From assembly GCA_027295805.1 (NCBI GenBank), contig JAPUKF010000295.1, positions 1-40,933 on the forward strand: 40,933 nucleotides of DNA, given 5' to 3'. The DNA is from Acidobacteriota bacterium. GTDB lineage: Bacteria > Acidobacteriota > Polarisedimenticolia > SMYD01. The number at the start of each line of letters is the position of its first letter. The stretch's first letter is position 1. Both the position numbers and the translations under genes were made by a program. Under the pieces are notes generated by a model. The model saw only the letters and a list, made by a program, of their open reading frames with translations, did no database searches and was not told the origin of the DNA. Shown here piece after piece: positions 28,411-39,845 of the stretch.

Positions 28411-29975
28411 GAGGCCAGTTCCTCCATCTGGGCCATGGCCTCGGGCAGGACCTCAAGGAGACGCCGGGCCGTGAGACTCAGAAGGCCGGTCTCCTGCGCC
28501 GCCATGTCCGCCGCCAGGCCATGCACGAAGACACCCAGAAGCAGGGCATCCGTCACCGGCAAGCCACCGGCCATGAGTCCCGCCAGCAGACCGGTGAGGA
28601 GATCGCCGCTGCCGCCTGTGGCGAGACCGGGATTGCCGGTGGGATTGACGTAGACCTCCCCTGACGGTGTCCCTACCAGTGTTCGATACCCCTTGAGGAC
28701 CACATGACAATCGTGGGTGAGCGCAAATCGCCGGCACGTATCGACTCTTCCGGCCTGGACCTCACGGGTGGTAATGCCGCAGAGCCGCGCCATCTCGCCG
28801 GGGTGGGGTGTGATCACCAGTGGCCGCCTGGCGCCGCTGAGATCTTCATCGTGGCCCACAAAAGCATTCAGGCCGTCGGCATCCAGCACCACGGGCACCT
28901 TGGCGCTGGTGACCAGTGAACGGAGCGTGGCCTGGGTTTCCTTGCCCTGGCCGGCGCCCATGCCGATGGCCAGCAGCGATTTCTGCGCCAGGCTCTTGCG
29001 CAGACCGGTGATGGCCCGCCGTGAGATCTCTCCCTGCCCGGTTTCGGCCAAGGGCTCCGTCATGGCCGGGGCGAAGGCGGCAACCTCGGCGCGTACGGAG
29101 GACGGCACGGCCGCCGTGACCAGTCCGGCACCGGCGGCCAGAGCCGCCTCGGCGGCCAGGCGCACGGAACCGGCCTTACCCACCGAACCGCCCACCACCA
29201 TCACATGTCCGTAATCACCTTTATGGGAATCATCAGCCCGGGGCGGCAGCAAGCCCTCCAGAAGATCTTCATCCAGCCAGTTCAGCCAGACGCCTTCGTC
29301 CTCCAGCGCTTCGGGAGGGATACCGATATCCGCCACCACCAGATCGCCGCAAAATGCTTCCGCCGGCGGGAAGAGGTGAGGGATTTTGGGTGCCATGAAA
29401 GTCACGGTGGCATCGGCATGCACCGCGGCCCCCGCCACGCTGGCCCTGCCCCCGGACAGACCCGAAGGCACGTCCACGGCCACCAGATGGGCACCGGACT
29501 CGTTCATATCCTTGACGATGATGGCGTAATCGCCCCGCACCCGCCCCTTGAGGCCGGTGCCCAGGAGGGCATCCACCACCACGTCAAATGCCTCCAGCGG
29601 GTTTTCGCCCGCGGCCAGACCCCGCCAGGCCTTGCTGTCGGAGATTTCATGGACAGTCACCGGCAGATGGTCGAGGATGCGCAGGTTGGTGGCGGCGTCC
29701 TCTTCCACGTCTTCCCGGCGGGCCACCAGGAAGATGGTGGACGTCACGCCGAAGCCGTGCAGGTGCCGGGCCACAACGAAACCATCACCACCGTTGTTGC
29801 CCTTCCCGCAGACGATGGCCACGGCCGCGTCGTCCATGTCGTCCTCAAGGGACTCCAGCAGGTGCTCCACCACGACGCGGCCGGCATTCTCCATGAGAAC
29901 GAGCCCGGGGACGTGATACCGGGAGATCGCCCGCCGGTCGATGTTGCGCATCTGGTGAGCCGTGAGGATCTTCAT
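28407..29975 (-). CDS. nnr: Bifunctional NAD(P)H-hydrate epimerase/dehydratase
   Basis: LMENAG, GKGNNGGDG, DALLGTG, DVPSG, SHKGDYG, DADGLN, TPHPGEM, LATGGSGD. ATG at 29975 with GGAGGAGG SD. Confidence 0.95.
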   Translation of the reverse strand: MKILTAHQMRNIDRRAISRYHVPGLVLMENAGRVVVEHLLESLEDDMDDAAVAIVCGKGNNGGDGFVVARHLHGFGVTSTIFLVARREDVEEDAATNLRILDHLPVTVHEISDSKAWRGLAAGENPLEAFDVVVDALLGTGLKGRVRGDYAIIVKDMNESGAHLVAVDVPSGLSGGRASVAGAAVHADATVTFMAPKIPHLFPPAEAFCGDLVVADIGIPPEALEDEGVWLNWLDEDLLEGLLPPRADDSHKGDYGHVMVVGGSVGKAGSVRLAAEAALAAGAGLVTAAVPSSVRAEVAAFAPAMTEPLAETGQGEISRRAITGLRKSLAQKSLLAIGMGAGQGKETQATLRSLVTSAKVPVVLDADGLNAFVGHDEDLSGARRPLVITPHPGEMARLCGITTREVQAGRVDTCRRFALTHDCHVVLKGYRTLVGTPSGEVYVNPTGNPGLATGGSGDLLTGLLAGLMAGGLPVTDALLLGVFVHGLAADMAAQETGLLSLTARRLLEVLPEAMAQMEELAS

Positions 29976-30026
29976 GGTCCTCCTCCGCCAGGATGGCAAC
30001 CCGTGGGCCTTCCCGAGCCGAGTACG

Positions 30027-30668
30027 TCAGGAGAGAACGCGGATCTCGACGCGCCGGTTGGCGGCGCGTCCTTCCCGGGTTCCATTGTCAGCAGCCGGAC
30101 GACTCTCCCCATAGGAGATCACCGACATCCGGTGCAGGGGGACGCCTTGCTCACTGTTCAGGTAGCGGCGCACCGCTTCGGCGCGGCGCAGGCCCAACTG
30201 CATATTGTATGGCTCCGGGCCGGAGCTGTCGGTATGTCCTTCGATTTCCAGATAGACGCTCACATTGTCTTTCTTGAGGCGTGTGGCCAGGTCATCAAGA
30301 CTGGCTTTGGCCTCGTCGGCCAGGGCGTCACTTTCAAAGGCAAAGTGACCGGCCTTATCCGAGAGAATGACCTTGTAGAGGAGCTTGCCTTCCGCCAGCC
30401 GATACGCCTCATCGGCGCGCGTGCCGGCCTCTTCGCTGGCACTCTGGGCGGCCCGCGCCGCCCTGGCGGCCTTGTCAACCTGCTTGCCGGTGTCACGCAG
30501 GCCACGCTGGTTCTTCTCCACCTGGGATTCGATGTCGGAGAGCTTCGCATCCTGGCTGCTCAACCCGTCAGCGACGTACTTCTTGCTGGCGCAACCGCCG
30601 GCAAAGAGAACAGTGATGGCTGTCGCCACCGCGATGCCCACGAGAGGGTTGCTTGTCTGTCGATTCAT
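30027..30668 (-). CDS. OmpA-family (peptidoglycan-binding) lipoprotein with an alanine-rich coiled region
   Basis: Lipobox-like FAGG-C, Ala-rich helix, EGHTDS.G...YN..LG.RRA, SYGE..P...N....GRA.NRRVE. Confidence 0.9.
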   Translation of the reverse strand: MNRQTSNPLVGIAVATAITVLFAGGCASKKYVADGLSSQDAKLSDIESQVEKNQRGLRDTGKQVDKAARAARAAQSASEEAGTRADEAYRLAEGKLLYKVILSDKAGHFAFESDALADEAKASLDDLATRLKKDNVSVYLEIEGHTDSSGPEPYNMQLGLRRAEAVRRYLNSEQGVPLHRMSVISYGESRPAADNGTREGRAANRRVEIRVLS

Positions 30669-30832
30669 TGATGGCCCCTATCGCTGCGCCATGCCGTGGG
30701 GTCTGGCGTCAGCCTGGCAACTGTACAACGGACTCATGTCCCGATGTTCCGGACAATACCAGAAAGAACAGGCAGCGGCCAGTTCCCAGACGCCGCTGAT
30801 TTCGGGCTGGAACCGGTCAAACTGTTGCTCTT

Positions 30833-31792
30833 TCAGGGCTTGGCGTAGTAGCCGGAGCGCGTGTGGACCTGAAACCGCCCCTCTCCGGCCACCACCCGGA
30901 TACGCCGGTAGCCGGCCGATTCAACGTCTTGAACCGGGTTGTAACCCAGAACGTACTGGGTCCGCAGGCGCTCCTGGACCTGGTTGACTGCGGCCTCCAC
31001 GTCGGCGACATCGAAGACCGGGAAGGACGCGCCTCCGGTCTCCTGGGAGACCTGGGCAAGGATCTCCAGAAACGTTCTCCCTCCGCCGGGAGGGGCTGCC
31101 CGCCGGCGCAACTTTTCGGGGAGCCCGGTCAGGCCAAGGGCGTAGATGGGGACACGCACTTCCCGCGCCAGGCGGATCGCCGCGAAGGCGGTCCTCTGGG
31201 AGGCATTATCCACGCCGTCGGTCACCAGGACCAGCGCCTTGCGCCCGGGGCGGCTGTCGGCCAGCACACCAGATGCATGGGCCAGGGCGTCCCGCAGGGC
31301 GGTCCGGCCCCAAGCCTCTTGAGCATCCAGAACCTCGAGGAAGGCCAGCCGATCTGTCGTGAACGGCACCCGCACCACCACATCACCATCGGCGAAGACG
31401 AGCAGCGCGGTGCGATCCTCCGGGCGCAGAGCATCCACGAACTGCTGGATGGCGGCACGGGCACGATCCAGCTTCCCATGAACCCCCATGGAACCGGAGA
31501 TATCCAGCAGAAACGCGATCTCCAGCGGATGGTCGGAGGCCCGCCCGAAGACCGTGATCTCCTGGTTCACACCGTCCTCCTGGATCCGGAAATCCCCGGG
31601 CCCCAGGTTCCGGACACTCTCCCCACGCGGGTTGGTCACCGTCGCCTGCAGAAGGACCAGGCGCACCTTGACCTCCTGGAAAGTAACTCCCGCCAGGGTT
31701 TTTGGAACCACCAGGTCGGTGGAGAGTGGAGCCGCCACCCCCCCATGGTAGGCAGCGAGGAACAGCACAACAGGCAAAACCCATGACCTCAT
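30833..31792 (-). CDS. Exported VWA-domain protein (acidobacterial VWFA-related type)
   Basis: Signal peptide; V.LV...TV...G..V..L...DF.I.EDG..Q.I..F; MIDAS DISGS, T.LRDA, TDGVDN; TGG; QY.LGY; R.GYYA. Confidence 0.88.
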   Translation of the reverse strand: MRSWVLPVVLFLAAYHGGVAAPLSTDLVVPKTLAGVTFQEVKVRLVLLQATVTNPRGESVRNLGPGDFRIQEDGVNQEITVFGRASDHPLEIAFLLDISGSMGVHGKLDRARAAIQQFVDALRPEDRTALLVFADGDVVVRVPFTTDRLAFLEVLDAQEAWGRTALRDALAHASGVLADSRPGRKALVLVTDGVDNASQRTAFAAIRLAREVRVPIYALGLTGLPEKLRRRAAPPGGGRTFLEILAQVSQETGGASFPVFDVADVEAAVNQVQERLRTQYVLGYNPVQDVESAGYRRIRVVAGEGRFQVHTRSGYYAKP

Positions 31793-31824
31793 TCCGACCC
31801 CCACGCCCCCCTCTCGTGTCACTC

Positions 31825-31830
31825 TATAAT
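31825..31830 (+). promoter_or_regulatory. Consensus -10 (TATAAT) 8 nt upstream of the tsaE ATG
   Basis: TATAAT-CTGCGCCC-ATG with no SD before ATG 31839. Confidence 0.5.
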
Positions 31831-31838
31831 CTGCGCCC

Positions 31839-32297
31839 ATGGGAGAGATGTTGCCAGAAGAAGTTCAGACTGCCTCGGCCGCTGCGACCCGGGCCTGGGG
31901 GAGCCGCCTCGCCGGTCATCTGGGCCAAGGCTCCGTGGTGCTTCTCTTCGGTGAGCTGGGCGCCGGCAAGACCTGCCTGGTCAAGGGGATCGCCGCCGGC
32001 CTGGGCCTGGATCCACGGCGTGTTCACTCGCCGTCGTTCATCATGGTGAACCTCTATGAGGGAGAACCGCCCCTCAATCACGTCGATCTCTATCGCCTGG
32101 AAGAAGGCGAGGACTTCTCGGATCTCGGCCTTGAAGAGCTGTTCAGCGGCACCGGCGTGACGGTTGTGGAATGGGCCGAGCGCTTACCCGTCAGAGCGCG
32201 ACCTCTCCCCCGCTGGGAGGTTTACCTGGAGCACGCCGGCGCCGACAGCCGTCGCTTGCGCCTTCGCACCTTGAGCGCCGGTCAGCCGTTCGGGTGA
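31839..32297 (+). CDS. tsaE: tRNA threonylcarbamoyladenosine biosynthesis ATPase TsaE
   Basis: GELGAGKT, V.SPSF, HVDLYRL, VEWAE. Confidence 0.94.
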   Translation: MGEMLPEEVQTASAAATRAWGSRLAGHLGQGSVVLLFGELGAGKTCLVKGIAAGLGLDPRRVHSPSFIMVNLYEGEPPLNHVDLYRLEEGEDFSDLGLEELFSGTGVTVVEWAERLPVRARPLPRWEVYLEHAGADSRRLRLRTLSAGQPFG

Positions 32298-33262
32298 ACC
32301 AGGTAGCGAGTTGCCCGACGCACAGCCAGCAGCAGCGTAGCGCCCAGCGCGGCCGCCAACAGAAGGGTGGCCCGTGCCAGCGGGGGCGTCAAAATTCCGG
32401 CGCCCAGGGTGGTGAGAGCCGCTGTGTCGGCCAGGGACGCTGACCCCAGCGCAGCCGCCACCACGAAGATATTGAGCCAGTACGACAGCCATGCCGACCA
32501 GGGACGCCGATACCACCAGCCCCACCCGCAGATGCCATGCAGGACCGCAAGGACCAGCAACGTTAACCGGGCCGGGGCACCGACGAGTGGCCATGGCCCC
32601 AGGAGGATCCAGGGCGGCACCAGATCGGCCGGTGCCAGGGACGTCGACAGCAGAATCACGGCCACCAGCGCGAAGTGAAGCACCAGGGAGAGGACGAGAG
32701 GCGGACGGCCGGGGCCGCCACCGCTGAGAGCAGCCGCCATGGACCGCCGTGCCAGGATGAGCAGCGCCAGCAGCGGCATGAGGATCAATCCTGCGAGGGT
32801 GCCTGCGACGGTGGCGACCACAGTTGGCACCCCACCGAGCGCGGCCAGACTGCCCGCCAGGGCCACCAGGACGATCTCAACCAGCAGATTGAGCAGTCCT
32901 ACCGCCGTCAGGGCGCCGAACAGGACCAGGCCCAGATACCGCGCTGCCCGGCGTCCGTTCCACAGGCCTGCCGCCGTCACCAGCCACAGCAGGCTCCCTC
33001 CCCCGAAGACGCCGATGTTTCCGGCGGCGACCGCCCGGATCAGGCCGTGGGTGACCTGCAGATTCGACCCGCCGGGGAGCCATGCCAGGGTCTCACCGGG
33101 AACCAGGAACGGCAGTTCAGGTTCCAGCAACTGCGCAGGCGTGGTGATGGGCATGCCCCGCAGCCAACTCGCCAGCATCAAGACCGCCAGCAGACCGGCA
33201 CCCAAGCCATAGGCCAGGGCAACTGCCGCGACCAGCTTCACGGCTGCGGGAACGCGGGTCAT
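32282..33262 (-). CDS. Hypothetical polytopic membrane protein
   Basis: About 8 hydrophobic Leu/Ala/Gly-rich segments; fills the gap between the S9 peptidase and tsaE; start uncertain (ATG 33262 chosen). Confidence 0.7.
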   Translation of the reverse strand: MTRVPAAVKLVAAVALAYGLGAGLLAVLMLASWLRGMPITTPAQLLEPELPFLVPGETLAWLPGGSNLQVTHGLIRAVAAGNIGVFGGGSLLWLVTAAGLWNGRRAARYLGLVLFGALTAVGLLNLLVEIVLVALAGSLAALGGVPTVVATVAGTLAGLILMPLLALLILARRSMAAALSGGGPGRPPLVLSLVLHFALVAVILLSTSLAPADLVPPWILLGPWPLVGAPARLTLLVLAVLHGICGWGWWYRRPWSAWLSYWLNIFVVAAALGSASLADTAALTTLGAGILTPPLARATLLLAAALGATLLLAVRRATRYLVHPNG

Positions 33263-33320
33263 GACGCCGGGCTTCCCGCCCATGGCCACGTGGGGGTGCG
33301 CAACCTCCTGCCGCCGGCGC

Positions 33321-35423
33321 TCAGTCCTGCGCCCCCGCCCCCAGCCAGCGTTCATACCAGCCCAGGGCCCGGTTCATGTAGTCCAGCTGATGAGCCCTCT
33401 CACGCAGGCCGTGCGGCTCGCGGGGGTAGGTGACGAACTCCACGGGCGTCCCCTTGAGACGCAAGGCTGTGTAGAGCTCCTTCCCCTGTCCCAGAGGCAC
33501 ACGCTCATCCTTTGCGCCATGGGCAATCAGGGTCGGGGTCTCGGCGGTTCTCACATGGGCCACCGGCGAACGATCCCAGGCCAGATCCGCACGCAGGTAA
33601 GGACTGAGATCCCAGTGAACCACCGAGTTCTCCTCGGGAATATCGCTGGTGCCGGTGAACGACATCCAGTTGGTGATGCCGGCGAAGACCACCGATGCGG
33701 CGAAACGACCCGAATACCGGGTCGCGGCCCACGCCGAGAAGTAGCCTCCATATGAACTTCCGCCGCTGCCGACCCGCTGGGGATCCACCAGCCCTCGTGC
33801 CACCAGGGCATCGATACCGTCCAGAATGTCGCGAAACTCCCGGCCTGCCAGGTCCCGGTGGTCGGCCTTGGCGAAGGGCACGCCGCGGCCGGTGCTGCCC
33901 CTGTAGTTGGCCATGAGAACGGCGAACCCCCGCCCGGCGAGAACCTGTCCCCAGCGGCTGTACGAGGTGTTCCAGCCATCATGCCAGCACGATTCGGGAC
34001 CGCCATGCACCACGCTCACCAGGGGATAGGGCCGCTGCGGGCCATTCTTGTCGCCGGCGCCCACGGGAAGGATGAGAATCCCTTCTATTTCGAGGCCATC
34101 CTCCGCCTGCCAGCGCACCACCGTCTGCTCACCCAGGGAGGCGTCCTCCAGGCCCGGATTGGAGTCGGTCAGGCGCGCCATGGGGCTGTCTCCACGCTGC
34201 CATGCGAACACCTCGTCGGGATGGGCGGCGGTGCTGGCGGCCATGACAAACCGGAGGCCATCGGTGGACACGGCCACCTCGGTAAAGATCGGCGTCCCGG
34301 CAAGTAACATCTTCATGGCACCGTCTCCATCCACGGGGATGGCTGCCAGAAGAGAGCCGGTGCCCTGATGGGCGGCCAGCAACACCTCGTGGGCGGATGC
34401 CCAGCCTACCCAGGTCACCGTGGCGTCCAGCGCCGGTGTCCGGTTGGCGGCACGGCCCGTCTTCACATTCACGATAAAAAGGCTGCCTGCGGCGGGATCA
34501 TTGGCGCTGATGGCGGCGTTGATGGCGATATGGCGGCCATCGGGAGCCACCGCCGGATGTCCCATCTTGCCCGGCGCGTCCCAGATGGTCCGCGGTGCCC
34601 CTCCTGCCGCCGCAACCAGGGCCAGGCTCTTGTAGATATAGGAGCTATCTATATCCGGCTTCTGGGAGACGGTGAGAGCCAGCCGGGAACCGTCGGGAAA
34701 CCAGGCATAGTGCCAAACCGAACTGCTGTCCGTGGTGATCTCCTGCGCCGTGCCGTTCGCGACATCAATCCGCCACAGCCTGCGCGGCCGCTGCAGAGCG
34801 TCGGCCACGAGCCAGTCGCGCCCCTTCTCCTCATCTTCCTTGCGGGCGCTGGAAACCGGGTCGACAGCCAGATAGGCCAGTGCCTTGCCGTCAGGAGACC
34901 AGGAGAACGAGGCCACCGACGAGTCGGCCGCGGTCAGGCGGCGTGCCTCGCCACCGGACAGGGGAAGAATGTAGATCTGTGTGTGCTCCTCCTCGCCACG
35001 CTTGGCGAGGAACGCCAGCGTCTCGCCGTCGGGCGAGAGGGCCGGGGCCGTGGTCCGCCCGGGTGCGTGGGTCAGGGGTCGAGCCGGGCCACCGCTGAAC
35101 GGTACGGTCCAGATTTCCTGGTGGGCGGGACCGTACTCCTCCTCCACGCCGCGGGCCACGTCCAGGACGTAAACCGCGCGGGCACCATCCCCTGACAGGA
35201 CGACACTGCGTGCCTTGCGCAGGTCCACGACCTGCTCAGGGCTGAGGGGGCCGCTGAAGACCGGCGATGAGGCCGCCTGGGCAGCGGCGGAATCGGGCTC
35301 GGGGATCTCGGCGGCCGGCACGACGCCAGGGAGAAGAGCCCAGGCAAAGAACGCGATCCCCGCAACGGAGGCCGCAAAGAAAGACGGATCGAATACGAAC
35401 GGGCGGCGAGTGGACACCTTCAT
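33321..35423 (-). CDS. S9 family (dipeptidyl aminopeptidase/acylaminoacyl) peptidase, exported
   Basis: Signal/TM segment, PD40-type repeats (SPDG, WSPDG), HGGP, NYRGSTGRG, GSSYGG, DERVP, EPHG. Confidence 0.92.
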   Translation of the reverse strand: MKVSTRRPFVFDPSFFAASVAGIAFFAWALLPGVVPAAEIPEPDSAAAQAASSPVFSGPLSPEQVVDLRKARSVVLSGDGARAVYVLDVARGVEEEYGPAHQEIWTVPFSGGPARPLTHAPGRTTAPALSPDGETLAFLAKRGEEEHTQIYILPLSGGEARRLTAADSSVASFSWSPDGKALAYLAVDPVSSARKEDEEKGRDWLVADALQRPRRLWRIDVANGTAQEITTDSSSVWHYAWFPDGSRLALTVSQKPDIDSSYIYKSLALVAAAGGAPRTIWDAPGKMGHPAVAPDGRHIAINAAISANDPAAGSLFIVNVKTGRAANRTPALDATVTWVGWASAHEVLLAAHQGTGSLLAAIPVDGDGAMKMLLAGTPIFTEVAVSTDGLRFVMAASTAAHPDEVFAWQRGDSPMARLTDSNPGLEDASLGEQTVVRWQAEDGLEIEGILILPVGAGDKNGPQRPYPLVSVVHGGPESCWHDGWNTSYSRWGQVLAGRGFAVLMANYRGSTGRGVPFAKADHRDLAGREFRDILDGIDALVARGLVDPQRVGSGGSSYGGYFSAWAATRYSGRFAASVVFAGITNWMSFTGTSDIPEENSVVHWDLSPYLRADLAWDRSPVAHVRTAETPTLIAHGAKDERVPLGQGKELYTALRLKGTPVEFVTYPREPHGLRERAHQLDYMNRALGWYERWLGAGAQD

Positions 35424-35457
35424 CTCCCTTCCCCAACGCCACAGGTGGGCTGCTGGC

Positions 35458-36981
<1,524 letters not shown>

Positions 36982-37073
36982 TCACGTCCCGCGGGGCGGG
37001 AGAAGGGTGGCACGTCCAGGGGCCCACCGGACCGCGCTTTTCCCATTATGAACTGCACGCCGATGACCGGTCA

Positions 37074-37108
37074 AGCGGCTCTCAGGCCGCTACCCCGGGA
37101 AGGCCCGG
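37074..37108 (-). terminator. Tandem hairpins immediately after the secA stop (possible terminator or processing signal)
   Basis: CCGGG-AAGG-CCCGG (37095-37108) and AGCGGC-TCTCAG-GCCGCT (37074-37091); no long U tract. Confidence 0.35.
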
Positions 37109-39770
37109 TCAGGCAGCTCCGCAGCACTTCTTGTATTTCTTTCCGGAGCCGCAGGGGCAGGGTTCGTTGCGCCCGACCTTCTCATCCTTCTTCCGGACCC
37201 GGGGCCGGGGCTTGGCCCCTTCCTTGCCTCCGGCAAAGATCAGCTCCCGTTCCTGTTGTTGCTGGCGACGCCGCTCCATCGCCAGATCGGCCTCGGTCTT
37301 GGGCTCGAACAGGTAGAGATAACGGATGATCTCGTCTTCCACCCGCTCCTTCATGGAGCCGAACATGTCGAACGATTCGCGCTTGTATTCCACCAATGGG
37401 TCGCGCTGGCCATAGCCCCTGAGGCCAATCCCCTCCTTGAGGTGATCCATAGCCAGGAGGTGGTTTTTCCAGTTGGTATCGATGACGTTGAGAATGAAAT
37501 AGCGCTCGTACTGGCGCAGCAACTCGGCGCCAACCCGAGCTTCTTTGGCGGTGTAATGATCCAGCACCAGGGCACGCATGCCCTCGGCAACGGCGGCCGC
37601 CGGCTGCTTGAAATCGAACTCCTGCGCCTCCAGGTCGATGCCGTACAGATCCTTGACCCGGGCCTGGAACTCGGGGATATCCCATCTGTCGGCATCCTTG
37701 TCGGACCCGATGCAGTTCTGCAGCAGGGAATCCATGATATCGGCGACCCGGCCCATGACATACTCCCGGGTGCCCTCCCCGCCCAGGGCTTCACGACGCA
37801 ATTCGTAGATCTGCTCCCGCTGCTTGTTCATGACATCGTCGTACTCGAGGAGATGCTTGCGAGTGTTGAAGTTGCGCTCTTCCACCTGCTTCTGGGAGCG
37901 TTCGATGGCCTTGCTGACCATGCCATGCTCGATGGGAACGCCCTCTTCCATACCCAGCTTTTGCATCAGGCCGCTGATGCGATCGGACCCGAAAATCCGC
38001 ATCAGGTCGTCCTCCAGAGACAGGTAGAAGCGGGATGAACCCGGGTCGCCCTGCCGGCCGCGCCTCATGGCGCTCGGTGCCGATGATATGCAGCCCGCCC
38101 AGCTCGATGACCTTGTCATGCTCTGCATCGGTGATCTTCTTGGCTTCAGCCAAGGCGCTCTCACGCGCCGCCTCATCGGCCGCCTGTGGGTCGAGGCCTC
38201 GATTGGCCAGGATCTGCTCCGCCAGAAATTCCGGGTTCCCACCCAGCAGGATGTCGGTGCCTCGGCCGGCCATGTTGGTGGCGATGGTCACCGAACTCAC
38301 GCGCCCGGCCTGGGCCACGATGTTGGCCTCCTGCTCGTGATACTTGGCGTTGAGGACCACATGGGGCACGCCCCTTTTCTTGAGGAGGCCGCTCAGGTGT
38401 TCTGATTTCTCGATGGAGATGGTGCCCACCAGACTCGGTTGTCCTCTCTCGTGCCCCTCCTGGATCTCGTCAATGACCGCGTTGTATTTCTCCTTCTCGG
38501 TACGGTAAATAAGATCCGGGAACTCCGTGCGCAGGAGGGGCCGGTTGGTGGGGATGACCATCACTTCCAGCTTGTAGATATTGTCAAACTCCACCGCTTC
38601 GGTGTCGGCGGTGCCGGTCATGCCGGCGAGCTTGTCGTACATGCGGAAATAATTCTGGAAGGTGATGGTGGCCAGGGTCTGATTCTCCTTCTCGATCTTG
38701 ACCCCTTCTTTGGCCTCCACGGCCTGATGCAGGCCATCGGACCAGCGGCGGCCGGACATGAGCCGGCCCGTGAACTCATCCACGATGACCACCTGGCCGT
38801 CCTTGATCATGTAGTGGACGTCCTTCTCCTGCAGCGTGTGGGCCTTGAGGGACTGCTCCAGGCAGTGGAGAATCTCCAGGTTGGCCGGATCGTAGAGATT
38901 GCCCAGGCCCAGGCGCCGTTCGGCTTCCTCCACCCCTTCGTCGGTCAGCACCGCCGTCCGCGCCTTCTCATCCACCTCGTAAAACGGTGTGATGATCTTC
39001 TCGGCTTCCTGCGTCTTATGCTTGTTGGCGGCGCGAATCATCTCTTTCATCATCCGGTCGGCTTCGTAGTACTTGCCCACCGAATCTTCAGAGGGACCCG
39101 AGATGATCAACGGGGTGCGCGCCTCGTCAATGAGAATGGAATCCACTTCATCCACAATGGCGTAGTTGTGGCCGTTCTGGGCATACCGGTCCAGGGAGAA
39201 CTTCATGTTGTCGCGCAGGTAATCGAACCCGAACTCGTTGTTGGTGCCGTATGTGACATCGGAGCGATAGGCCTTTTGCCGCCGGGCATCGTCCATATCG
39301 TGCTGAATGACGCCCACTTCCAGACCCAGAAAGCGGTAGACCCTTCCCATCCACTCCGAGTCGCGGCGGGCCAGGTAGTCGTTCACCGTCACCACGTGGA
39401 CGCCCTTGCCGCTGAGACCGTTGAGGTAGACCGGCAAGGTCGCCACCAGGGTCTTACCCTCACCGGTCTTCATTTCGGCAATCTTGCCGTGATGAAGGAC
39501 AAGGCCACCAATGAGCTGGGTGTCGAAGTGGCGCATGTTCAGAACGCGCCAGCTGGCCTCGCGCACCACCGCAAAGGCCTCCTGAAGCAGGTCATCCAGA
39601 GAGGCGCCCTGGTCGATTTTTTCGCGGAAGAAGCCGGTGCGGGCGCGCAACTGCTCGTCGGAGAGACGCTTCATGCCGGCCTCGAACTCTCCGATAGGCG
39701 GGATCAGAGGGTCTATTTTTTTGAGCTCGCGCTCGTTCTTGGTACCGAAAACTTTGGTGAGCAGTGACAT
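37109..39770 (-). pseudogene. secA: Preprotein translocase subunit SecA, split by an apparent ~32-nt frameshifting deletion (probably an assembly artefact)
   Basis: [40 protein letters not shown] and GTERHE in one frame; [23 protein letters not shown] through the SEC-C motif [18 protein letters not shown] in another; junction at 38059/38060. Confidence 0.93.
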
Positions 39771-39845
39771 GACAGGAGAGGATAGCACTCGCACACGACC
39801 CGGCACTCCGCGTGAACGGGTCCCCTGGAGGACCCGTCGGGGGCG

